From contig NC_002937.3 in NCBI RefSeq assembly GCF_000195755.1, positions 1,500,001 through 1,532,000 of the forward strand: 32,000 bases of DNA, written 5' to 3'. A program made the translations under genes and the position numbers. Source of the stretch: Nitratidesulfovibrio vulgaris str. Hildenborough. Its GTDB lineage: Bacteria; Desulfobacterota; Desulfovibrionia; Desulfovibrionales; Desulfovibrionaceae. The first letter of the stretch is position 1. Each line of letters begins with the position of its first letter. Below the pieces are notes generated by a model that saw only the letters and a list, made by a program, of their open reading frames with translations, had not been told where the DNA came from and searched no databases. Shown piece by piece: positions 8,049-15,409 of this stretch.

Positions 8049-10244
8049 GTGACGGATCAGGAAAAGCGGACCCAGCTCGAGCGGGAGTTTCTCGGCGAGG
8101 CGTTGCGTGTGCTCGCTGACGCGGGAGTCGACCTGCTCGAACTCGAAGTGGGCGGCGATGGTGTCGAACACGCCGTCCTTGGTCGCCTTTCGCGTATCAC
8201 GCAGACAATGCGCGGCGGTGCGGGGCTTCTGGGGCTCAACGCCATGCACGAGTTGGCCCTCGTGCTTGAAGCCGTGCTCGACCTCGCCCGGCATGAGAAG
8301 CTTCCCCTCGATACCGTGGTCATCACGGCCATCGAGCGGGGGATGGATGCCTTCGCCGCGCGCTTCAAGGGAATGCGCGACAGTCAGGATGCCGGGGGGA
8401 CGGCGGGCCGGGCCGAGGTGACGCAGGCCGTGCAGCTTTTGCAGGGTGTGGTGCGGCAACCAGCGGATGCGCGCTGCATCTCCGAACGGCATGTGGTCAG
8501 GGGGCCGGATGTCGACGCCGTATTCACCATGGGCGGGCACGACCTGCGCCGGGCGTCGCGAGAAGGGTTGCGTTTCTATGTACTCGCCTTCGATGTTGAG
8601 CACGACCTGCGCCAGAAGGACGTCAGCCCGCTGGGGCTTCTCGTGTTCCTGCAGAAGAGCGGCGATGTGGTGGACGCCCGCTTCACCGGCGTACGTGGTG
8701 GAGGCGGGGGGAATGTGGGCGTGCTCTTCTCGTCCATTCTCGACGCAGATTTGCTGGGGGCGGTGTTCCAGATAGACGCCTCCCGCGTCTTTGCCGTGGA
8801 TACGGACGCAGTGGCGAGGGGGGAGGCCGCTTGGCGCGAACGTGACTTGCCAGCACCGGACGCGGGCAAGTCGGCGATGCCGGATGAACCGGACAGCCGA
8901 AGTATCGAACTGTTGCTGCTGCAGTATGACGAGGCCATGAAGCGCCTACGGGAGCAGAGTATGCAGGATGATTTCGAGCCCTACGACATGAACAGCGATA
9001 CGGATGAGAAGCCTGCTTCGCAGAATGCCGGAGGGGAATTCGACGAGGTCGTGGGGATGCCCGATACGTCGTTCGACGGGCAGGAGGCCATGCCTCTATC
9101 CGGCACCCTCTCCGATACGGTGGCAGACCCTGTGTATCAGGCAGCCGGGGCAGAAGCCGAAGAGTACGCTACGGACGCCCCGTCGTCCGGCATGGCTGGT
9201 GATGCCATGCCCCCGCTTGATGCACCGGGTAGTTACGGTTTTTTCGATGACGCTCCCGGTGTGGGCATTCTGACCGATACCCCGCATCCTGTGGCGGATA
9301 CCCTGGAAACCGGAGAGGCCTCAGGCAGTCTGGCGGGGGATGACGCAGTAGACGATGATGCCGCCGCAAGTCTGCTTCTCGACCTCGAAGCCGAGTTCGA
9401 TGCACCGTTACTCGATGAGGCCGATGCCTATGCCGTTGAGCCGCATCGCATCGGGCTGGCGGAGGGGGGTACGCTTGACGGGGCGGCATCGCACCTTTCC
9501 GACGGGCTTTCCATCGCCGATTCCGATCTTGATTTCTTTCGCGACGACGCCCCACCGCCAGACCAGAGTCACCTCGACCTTCCACTTTCGGAACGTGGTG
9601 AGAAGCCGGGCGGTGATGGCATCATGCTCGACCTCGGCTTCGATGATGCTGCCGGGGACGAGGCACCTGCCGTCGATACCTTTCCGGAAGCGCCAGCCAT
9701 GCCAGCTGCTGCAGGCATGGGCCTCGACGCTTCGCTGGTCGACCCTGACGTCATGGCTGCGGTGGGGGCGGCGGGAGGCTTGCCGCCCCATGACGAAGCC
9801 ATTGCGGAGGCTGTCGCCTTCCCGGCAGGCACGCCCTCTGCCACCGCGTCCGTTCCGTCTTCACCTCGCCCGGTATCCGGCACGGGGGTGGCGGCTGAAC
9901 CCACCAGTGGCGGTTTCGATGTGCGTGAATCCGGGGGGAGTGGCATCCTTATCCTGTCGGGCGAGTTGACTATCGAGCGGAGTCTCGCCTTTCGGGATGC
10001 CCTGCTTGAGATGTTCGACCGGTATCAGAATGTGCGCCTCGACCTTTCCGGGGTGACCGAAGTCGACCTCACTTTCTTCCAGCTTCTGCGGGCTGCCGTC
10101 GTGACGGCGCAGCGCAGGGGCGGGACGCTTGCAGGCTGCGGCGTCGTTCCTGCCCCCGTGAGCGAGACGGCCCATAGGGCGGGTCTGGACGCGCAGGCCG
10201 TGAAGCGTGCCGGTTTCGAGGCTGTCCTCGGCGGCATGGCCTGA
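8049..10244 (+). CDS. Multidomain protein: N-terminal HPt-like (CheA-P1-like) domain with Gln at the phospho-His position, long acidic disordered linker, C-terminal STAS domain
   Basis: ORF 7734..10244. The upstream part has poor third-position GC and overlaps the divergent peptidase start, so the start is set at GTG 8049 (RBS GGGGAGG, 8-nt spacer). N-terminus ...FLGEALRVLADAGVDLLELE...LSRITQTMRGGAGLLGLNAMHELALVLE aligns by eye to the CheA P1 / Hpt motif (E. coli CheA IFRAAHSIKGGAG). C-terminus ILILSGELTIERSLAFRDALLEMF...VRLDLSGVTEVDLTFFQLL is STAS-like. The middle ~320 aa are rich in D/E/A/P/G. Confidence 0.7.
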   Translation: MTDQEKRTQLEREFLGEALRVLADAGVDLLELEVGGDGVEHAVLGRLSRITQTMRGGAGLLGLNAMHELALVLEAVLDLARHEKLPLDTVVITAIERGMDAFAARFKGMRDSQDAGGTAGRAEVTQAVQLLQGVVRQPADARCISERHVVRGPDVDAVFTMGGHDLRRASREGLRFYVLAFDVEHDLRQKDVSPLGLLVFLQKSGDVVDARFTGVRGGGGGNVGVLFSSILDADLLGAVFQIDASRVFAVDTDAVARGEAAWRERDLPAPDAGKSAMPDEPDSRSIELLLLQYDEAMKRLREQSMQDDFEPYDMNSDTDEKPASQNAGGEFDEVVGMPDTSFDGQEAMPLSGTLSDTVADPVYQAAGAEAEEYATDAPSSGMAGDAMPPLDAPGSYGFFDDAPGVGILTDTPHPVADTLETGEASGSLAGDDAVDDDAAASLLLDLEAEFDAPLLDEADAYAVEPHRIGLAEGGTLDGAASHLSDGLSIADSDLDFFRDDAPPPDQSHLDLPLSERGEKPGGDGIMLDLGFDDAAGDEAPAVDTFPEAPAMPAAAGMGLDASLVDPDVMAAVGAAGGLPPHDEAIAEAVAFPAGTPSATASVPSSPRPVSGTGVAAEPTSGGFDVRESGGSGILILSGELTIERSLAFRDALLEMFDRYQNVRLDLSGVTEVDLTFFQLLRAAVVTAQRRGGTLAGCGVVPAPVSETAHRAGLDAQAVKRAGFEAVLGGMA

Positions 10245-10415
10245 TGTGCGTGACGGCGTGACCGCCACGACAGATTCTCCGATGCCGCCCGCCTTGCGTC
10301 TTGGGCTGTGCAGAGACCGCGAGGCGTGCTGTCCGGTCAGGCGGTCGTTAACCCTGTCTGTCGCCTGCTGGCATACAATCCGTGAGTCCTGTCTCCTTGC
10401 TTCTGCTATTGCCTG

Positions 10416-10450
10416 AAAAAGGCCCGCCTCCTGTTGGAGACGGGCCTTTT
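10416..10450. terminator. Bidirectional rho-independent terminator between convergent genes
   Basis: AAAAA-GGCCCGCCTCC-tgtt-GGAGACGGGCC-TTTT forms a 10 bp stem with one mismatch. It lies between the + gene ending at 10244 and the - gene ending at 10471. Confidence 0.8.
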
Positions 10451-10470
10451 GTCTTCGGGTGACAGGGCGA

Positions 10471-13065
10471 TTAGGCCGGTTCGAAGTGCTGTTCCAGCTT
10501 GGTCATGGCGAGTTCGTTGATGGCGGCCTCGGGGAAGACGGCGCGTGCAAGGGCGAGGGGCGACATGTAGAAGTCCGTCCAGTCCAGACGCAATGTCAAC
10601 GAACCGTCGTCTTCGAACGTGATATCCCTGAACAGCGGGCGGATGTCTCCGGTGCGCTGTCCCTTCTTGGTGTCTCGGGTCCACTCGAAGGCTTCGCATG
10701 CAGCGAAGGTTCGCCATGCGTCGATGAACGTCGGCTGCATCTCTTCGGGGGCCAGATAGCGAAGCGTGAAGACCTCGACCACCGGCTGGGGATGGCGTTT
10801 GCTGGGAAGCTGTTCCTCGACGAAGGTCACGCGCATCCCCTTGGGCAGACGCCCTTCAAGACGCTGCCGCACTTCGTCAGCCGTGAAGCGTTCACGCAGG
10901 ATGATGGTGAACCACTCCGCGCGGCTGGCCACGCCTACGGGCAGCGCGCGGCCGAACGAGAGCAGTGGCAGGGGGTGGAAGCCTTGCGAGAAGGCCGGGG
11001 GAAGTCCCGCACGCCGCAGCGCCCTTTCGAAGATGGTCTGAAGTTCCAGCTGGCTGAGGAACACGGCCATGTCTTCCTTGGTGTACCAGATGCGGTACTG
11101 GGACGCCTTGTGGACAAGGTCTCCTGACAGCTTCGGCGGGCGGTTGGGGGCCTCGTGGCGCACGACCTGTCCGTTATCGTCCAGTGTCGGCTCATGCGAT
11201 TGCTGGTCGCGCTGTTCGAAATTGAGGCGATTGGCGTAGGCCTCCACACCCGGCAGCCTGTCGAGGCGCGAGGGGCCGGCCTTGGTGTCGCAAACCCCGC
11301 ACACGCGGCATCCGGAATAGCGGCAGTCGGGCGTTGTCTTGAGCGACAGGGCGCGTTCACGTTCACGCAGCAGGAATTCGCGCGAGACCCCCGAGTCGAG
11401 ATGAGCCCACGCAAGCGGGGCGTCGATGTCGCGGGCGCAGGTGTATTCGTCAGGTGAAAGACCGTGTTCGTTCATGGCCTCCAGCCACGGGGCAAGGTCG
11501 AAGCCCTCCATCCAGCTGCTGAAGATGGCCCCCTTGCGGAAGGCGCTCTCCACGACGGGGGCGAGTCGCCTGTCGCCGCGTGAGAAGATGCCTTCCAGAA
11601 AGCTCATCTCGGGTTCATGCCAGCGAAGCTTGAGCCCCTTCTCGCGGCGGAAGGCATCGCGCAGGTAGCCGACGCGCGCCCGAATCTCTTCAAGCGAAAT
11701 CTGGGCCTCCCACTGGAAGGGGGTGTGCGGCTTGGGCACGAAGGGCGAGACGGCTGCGGTGACCTGAAGCCTGCGAACACCCCGTCCCGCTGCGTCACGC
11801 ACCTTGCGGCACAGGTCGACGATGGCGTCGAGGTCTTCATAGGTCTCGGTGGGCAGGCCCAGCATGAAGTACAGCTTCACCTGCTGCCAGCCGTGTTCGA
11901 AGAGCTTGCGGACATGCAGCATCAGCCCTTCTTCGGTGACGCCCTTGTTGATGACGTCGCGCAGCCGCTGGCTTCCGGCTTCCGGGGCCAGTGTCGCCCC
12001 CGTACGACGGATGCCCGCCATGCGGCGCATGATGTCGTCGTCGATGGAACCGACGCGCAACGAAGGCAGGGAGACCGAGACCTGCTCCTCTGCGCAGCGG
12101 TCGACGGTCTGCATGAACAGGGTCTTCAGCGCGGAGAAGTCACCGGTGCTGAGGGAGAGGAAGGAGACGTCGTCGTACCCGGTGCGGGCCAGACAGTCTT
12201 CAAGTAACGCTTGAAGGTTCGGGACGCTCCGTTCACGCGCCGGACGGTAGGTCATGCCCGCCTGACAGAAGCGGCAGCCGCGTGTGCAGCCGCGTCCTAT
12301 CTCCAGTGCGAGACGGTTGTGCACGGCCCCGAAGGGGACGAGTTGCGCCGCCGGGTATCTGGCATTGTCCATATCGGCGATGATGCGTCGCACGACCTTG
12401 TCATAGCCCTGTCGCAACGGGGCAGGCGTGGCGCCCTGTGCGTCATCGGCGAAGAAGGCGGGCACGTAGACACCCGGAATGGATGAGGCCGCCTCGAGAT
12501 AGCGTGTGCGAGACCAGCCCTCGCTACGGGCCTTGGCAAGCAGGTCGATGATTTCGACCTGAACCTCTTCGCCTTCACCGAGTACCATGAGGTCGAGAAA
12601 GGGTGCCATGGGTTCGGCAGCGAGGGTGCAGCCGCCGCCCGCCATGATGATGGGCCATGCAGCAAGGTCGTCGCCCCGGTCTGCGCTACGCAACGGAATA
12701 CCCGCAAGGTCGAGCATGTACAGGATGTTGGTGTAGCAAAGCTCGTGCGTGATGCTGAAGCCGACAAGATGCAGGGCCGCAAGCGGTGTATCCGATTCGA
12801 GCGTGGACAGCGGCGCGTTGTGGCTGCGGAGTATGGCGCCAGCTTCGCGGCAGGGGGTGAATACCCGTTCGGCCCAGATGTCCTCGCGGTCGTTGAGAAT
12901 GCCGTAGAGAATCTTCTGGCCGAGGTAGGACATGCCTACTTCATACATGTCGGGGAAGGCGAGCGCACAGTGGATGGCCACATCTTCACGCCGTTTATGG
13001 ACCGAGCCCTCTTCGATGCCGGTATAACGGCTGGGCTTCGGCAGCAGGGAAAGCAGTTCGCGCAT
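10471..13065 (-). CDS. Large fused radical-SAM protein (TIGR03960-type radical SAM domain plus TIGR03936/DUF2344-type 'radical SAM-linked' C-terminal domain), function unknown
   Basis: GRGCTRGCRFCQAG is a CxxxCxxC 4Fe-4S/SAM motif. About 864 aa. N-terminus MRELLSLLPKPSRYTGIEEGS. The track start at 13095 is GTG, and ATG 13065 is preferred. The C-terminal ~230 aa (YRIWYTKEDMAVFLSQLELQTIFERALRRAGLP...) look like the DUF2344 family. Confidence 0.85.
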   Translation of the reverse strand: MRELLSLLPKPSRYTGIEEGSVHKRREDVAIHCALAFPDMYEVGMSYLGQKILYGILNDREDIWAERVFTPCREAGAILRSHNAPLSTLESDTPLAALHLVGFSITHELCYTNILYMLDLAGIPLRSADRGDDLAAWPIIMAGGGCTLAAEPMAPFLDLMVLGEGEEVQVEIIDLLAKARSEGWSRTRYLEAASSIPGVYVPAFFADDAQGATPAPLRQGYDKVVRRIIADMDNARYPAAQLVPFGAVHNRLALEIGRGCTRGCRFCQAGMTYRPARERSVPNLQALLEDCLARTGYDDVSFLSLSTGDFSALKTLFMQTVDRCAEEQVSVSLPSLRVGSIDDDIMRRMAGIRRTGATLAPEAGSQRLRDVINKGVTEEGLMLHVRKLFEHGWQQVKLYFMLGLPTETYEDLDAIVDLCRKVRDAAGRGVRRLQVTAAVSPFVPKPHTPFQWEAQISLEEIRARVGYLRDAFRREKGLKLRWHEPEMSFLEGIFSRGDRRLAPVVESAFRKGAIFSSWMEGFDLAPWLEAMNEHGLSPDEYTCARDIDAPLAWAHLDSGVSREFLLRERERALSLKTTPDCRYSGCRVCGVCDTKAGPSRLDRLPGVEAYANRLNFEQRDQQSHEPTLDDNGQVVRHEAPNRPPKLSGDLVHKASQYRIWYTKEDMAVFLSQLELQTIFERALRRAGLPPAFSQGFHPLPLLSFGRALPVGVASRAEWFTIILRERFTADEVRQRLEGRLPKGMRVTFVEEQLPSKRHPQPVVEVFTLRYLAPEEMQPTFIDAWRTFAACEAFEWTRDTKKGQRTGDIRPLFRDITFEDDGSLTLRLDWTDFYMSPLALARAVFPEAAINELAMTKLEQHFEPA

Positions 13066-13095
13066 GTCCGTCCTGCAAGTGGTTGCGGTGGGCAC

Positions 13096-13119
13096 AAAAA
13101 GGGTGGCCTCAGGCCACCC
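13096..13119 (-). terminator. Rho-independent terminator (or attenuator) 30 nt upstream of the radical-SAM start codon
   Basis: Stem GGGTGGCC (13101-13108) / GGCCACCC (13112-13119), 3-nt loop. On the minus strand it is followed by TTTTT (13096-13100). It lies about 180 nt downstream of the small-protein stop at 13301. Confidence 0.7.
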
Positions 13120-13300
13120 CGGACAAAAGGCAAACCCCGTCAGCGGCGGCTTGCGTCACCAGCGGCGTCAGCGCCACCGGGTGGGAGCAGGCATCGGCGC
13201 GACAGGCGGGTCGCTGTCGGTCTCCGGTGCCGCAGGTCGTCAGATATGGTTGTAACCGGGGGAGACGAGGCCCCCCCGGATTCACTGCGACAGTCGCCGT

Positions 13301-13666
13301 CTACTTCTTCAGCAGGCTCGAAAGGTCGCTGACCTTGCCGCCCATGCCGGGTTTTCCGAGGCCGAGTCCACCAACGCCACCGAGTCCGCCCGTGGAAAGC
13401 GTGAGGTTCGAGCAGGCTTCCATGTACTTGGTCTTGAGGTCGTCGGGAAAGCTCTTGTATTCGTATATGACGTGCTTGCGTTCGATGACGCCGTCAAAAC
13501 CCTGTTCGAAGGGGTAACCGTAAGGCATCAGCATCATTTGCACGCCCTGCTGGGTGGGAATGGTCTGAAGCGCGGCGACATCCTTGTAGGCGTCAGCTTC
13601 TGCGTCGAACTTGCCGATGACGAGTTCGCCGTTGACCAGTTTCACAAGGCGGATATCGTAGGCCAT
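13301..13666 (-). CDS. Small hypothetical protein (121 aa): globular N-terminal part plus Gly-rich C-terminal tail
   Basis: ORF 13301..13699 trimmed to ATG 13666 (AAGGAG RBS 8 nt upstream). Good third-position GC. MAYDIRLVKLVNGELVIGKFD...STGGLGGVGGLGLGKPGMGGKVSDLSSLLKK. I recognise no family. Confidence 0.6.
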   Translation of the reverse strand: MAYDIRLVKLVNGELVIGKFDAEADAYKDVAALQTIPTQQGVQMMLMPYGYPFEQGFDGVIERKHVIYEYKSFPDDLKTKYMEACSNLTLSTGGLGGVGGLGLGKPGMGGKVSDLSSLLKK

Positions 13667-13728
13667 TCGGGATGCTCCTTGGGTTAAGCGTTCCGGCATA
13701 GGTAGGGGTTACGCATGGGGCTGTCAAG

Positions 13729-14913
13729 TCAGCCTCTGCCAAGGGCGGCATGGGGCAGCGCCCGAAGGGTTAAGAGCGTGAGAACCGAAATCCCGCCCAG
13801 TGCCATGAACCCCGCGCCAAAGCTGGCGTGCTGCCCGCACAGCCCCAGAAACGCCGGGGCTGCGCCCGTGCCGATGAGACATGCCACCGGCATGGTCAGC
13901 GAGAGGAGAAGCGGCTGGCGTGCAGCCGGAAAGCTCTGTGCGAAAGCCTTGAACAGCGCAGGAAACGAGAAGGCCGTCACGAAGGCCTGGGCGCTCATGC
14001 CGATGAAGACCCATACCGGCTCAGACAGGGCCATGAGTGACAGCGCAGCGCCGTGCAGGAGCAGATAGCCCTTGATGATGCCACCCGCCCCCGCCCTGTC
14101 GGCGAACCATCCTCCGGCGACTGCCGCAAACGGGCATAGCAGCCGTGACAACGAGACAAGCTGGTTGGCCGTCGTCTCGGTGAAGTGCAATTCGGTCACA
14201 AGATGAACTGGCAGTACGCTGAAGGTGGCGAATTCGCCCGCAACACAGACGCTGAACAGCACGATGAACACCCACGTGGCAGGTGTGCGCAGGGCTTCGC
14301 GGCACCCCGCGTAGGAAGGCGGTGCCGCCAGTGTGCGGCCTCCGCGTCCGAAGAGGGCGAAGGCGAGTCCGAGCAGTGCGAGGCAGCTTCCCAGAACGGA
14401 GAAGACCCCTCGCCAGTCCATGTGCCGCAGGGCCGCTTCGGCGAACAGCGGCAACAGGATGAAGCTGGTGTTGGGTGCCAGTTCATGGACTGCGACGGCC
14501 TTGCCCCAGTCGCGAGGGCTGACAAGGCTGGACAGGGTAGCCATTCCCGCCGGAAAGTACAGTCCCGCCATGAAGCCGAAGAGACCGAAGACCAGCCGCG
14601 CCGTTCCGAGAGTCTCCACCAGTGACATGCCAAGCAGGCATAGCCCTGAAAGGGTGAGGGACAGTGCGACCATGCGACCGGGGCTGATGCGTGCGAGAAG
14701 GAAACCGCATACGAACTGGCTGGCGCTGAAGCCAGCCGCCTGCACGAGAAGCAGTCCGGTGGCCTGTGCATGTCCCACGGCAAGGTCGCGTTCAAGGTCG
14801 ACCAGCAGGGGAGAAAGGGCCGAACGCGCGGTGTAGTTGAGCATGAACAGCAGTGCGACGAAAGCCGTCCATGGAAGAGCCTTGCGGAAAGAGGTCTCGG
14901 TGCTGGTGGACAT
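13729..14913 (-). CDS. MFS (major facilitator superfamily) transporter
   Basis: ORF 13729..15036 trimmed to ATG 14913 (MSTSTETSFRKALPWTAFVALLFMLNY...). About 12 hydrophobic segments. The Arg-rich N-terminal extension in the track is unlikely to be coding. Confidence 0.82.
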   Translation of the reverse strand: MSTSTETSFRKALPWTAFVALLFMLNYTARSALSPLLVDLERDLAVGHAQATGLLLVQAAGFSASQFVCGFLLARISPGRMVALSLTLSGLCLLGMSLVETLGTARLVFGLFGFMAGLYFPAGMATLSSLVSPRDWGKAVAVHELAPNTSFILLPLFAEAALRHMDWRGVFSVLGSCLALLGLAFALFGRGGRTLAAPPSYAGCREALRTPATWVFIVLFSVCVAGEFATFSVLPVHLVTELHFTETTANQLVSLSRLLCPFAAVAGGWFADRAGAGGIIKGYLLLHGAALSLMALSEPVWVFIGMSAQAFVTAFSFPALFKAFAQSFPAARQPLLLSLTMPVACLIGTGAAPAFLGLCGQHASFGAGFMALGGISVLTLLTLRALPHAALGRG

Positions 14914-14928
14914 GGGGTGGGCGACTCC

Positions 14929-14958
14929 AAGAGAAGAGGGAGACCCGATGGGTCTCCC
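14929..14958 (-). terminator. Perfect 9-bp GC hairpin plus U-rich tract 25 nt upstream of the MFS start (terminator of upstream unit or leader attenuator)
   Basis: GGGAGACCC (14938-14946) / GGGTCTCCC (14950-14958), 3-nt loop. On the minus strand it is followed by TCTTCTCTT (14929-14937). Confidence 0.5.
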
Positions 14959-15068
14959 CGTGAATTGTCGGCGGTGTGGTGCGTGTTGCGGTAGCGTTCG
15001 GCCGACCGGTCTTCGTGAGAGGGCACCTCGGCCCATATCGACGCCGCTGTCAGGTCGTGTCGATGACC

Positions 15069-15116
15069 ATGTCAGCCGGGATGCCTGCGGTCATGCCAGC
15101 AGCCATGCCGGGAGCC
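15069..15116. repeat. Four imperfect tandem 12-nt units (ATGYCNGCNGNC) in the MFS/DRTGG spacer
   Basis: ATGTCAGCCGGG / ATGCCTGCGGTC / ATGCCAGCAGCC / ATGCCGGGAGCC, read directly from the sequence. The region is non-coding by context. Confidence 0.5.
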
Positions 15117-15409
15117 TTGGCGCGGGGTCTGCCCTCTGCTGTCACTCTTCCTGAATCGGCAGAAGCCGTCTCGGGAGACGGAAGCCGCTTCGTATTGCCG
15201 CGTCAAGGGGGCGACATGTTGCTCGTTGCCAGCCCCGTGGCGTTGCGATGCTTCCGGGCGACAGGGAACATGCTGACAATGCCGCGTCTGACGGTGGCGG
15301 GGCGACGCCTCACTCCCCGGGAAGCAGCAGGGCGTGACCTTTCAGTGCAGTGCCATCCCTCAAGGGCATCCCGTGGCGACAGGTGCCCTCGCCCGGTCGC
15401 GGGTGCGCA

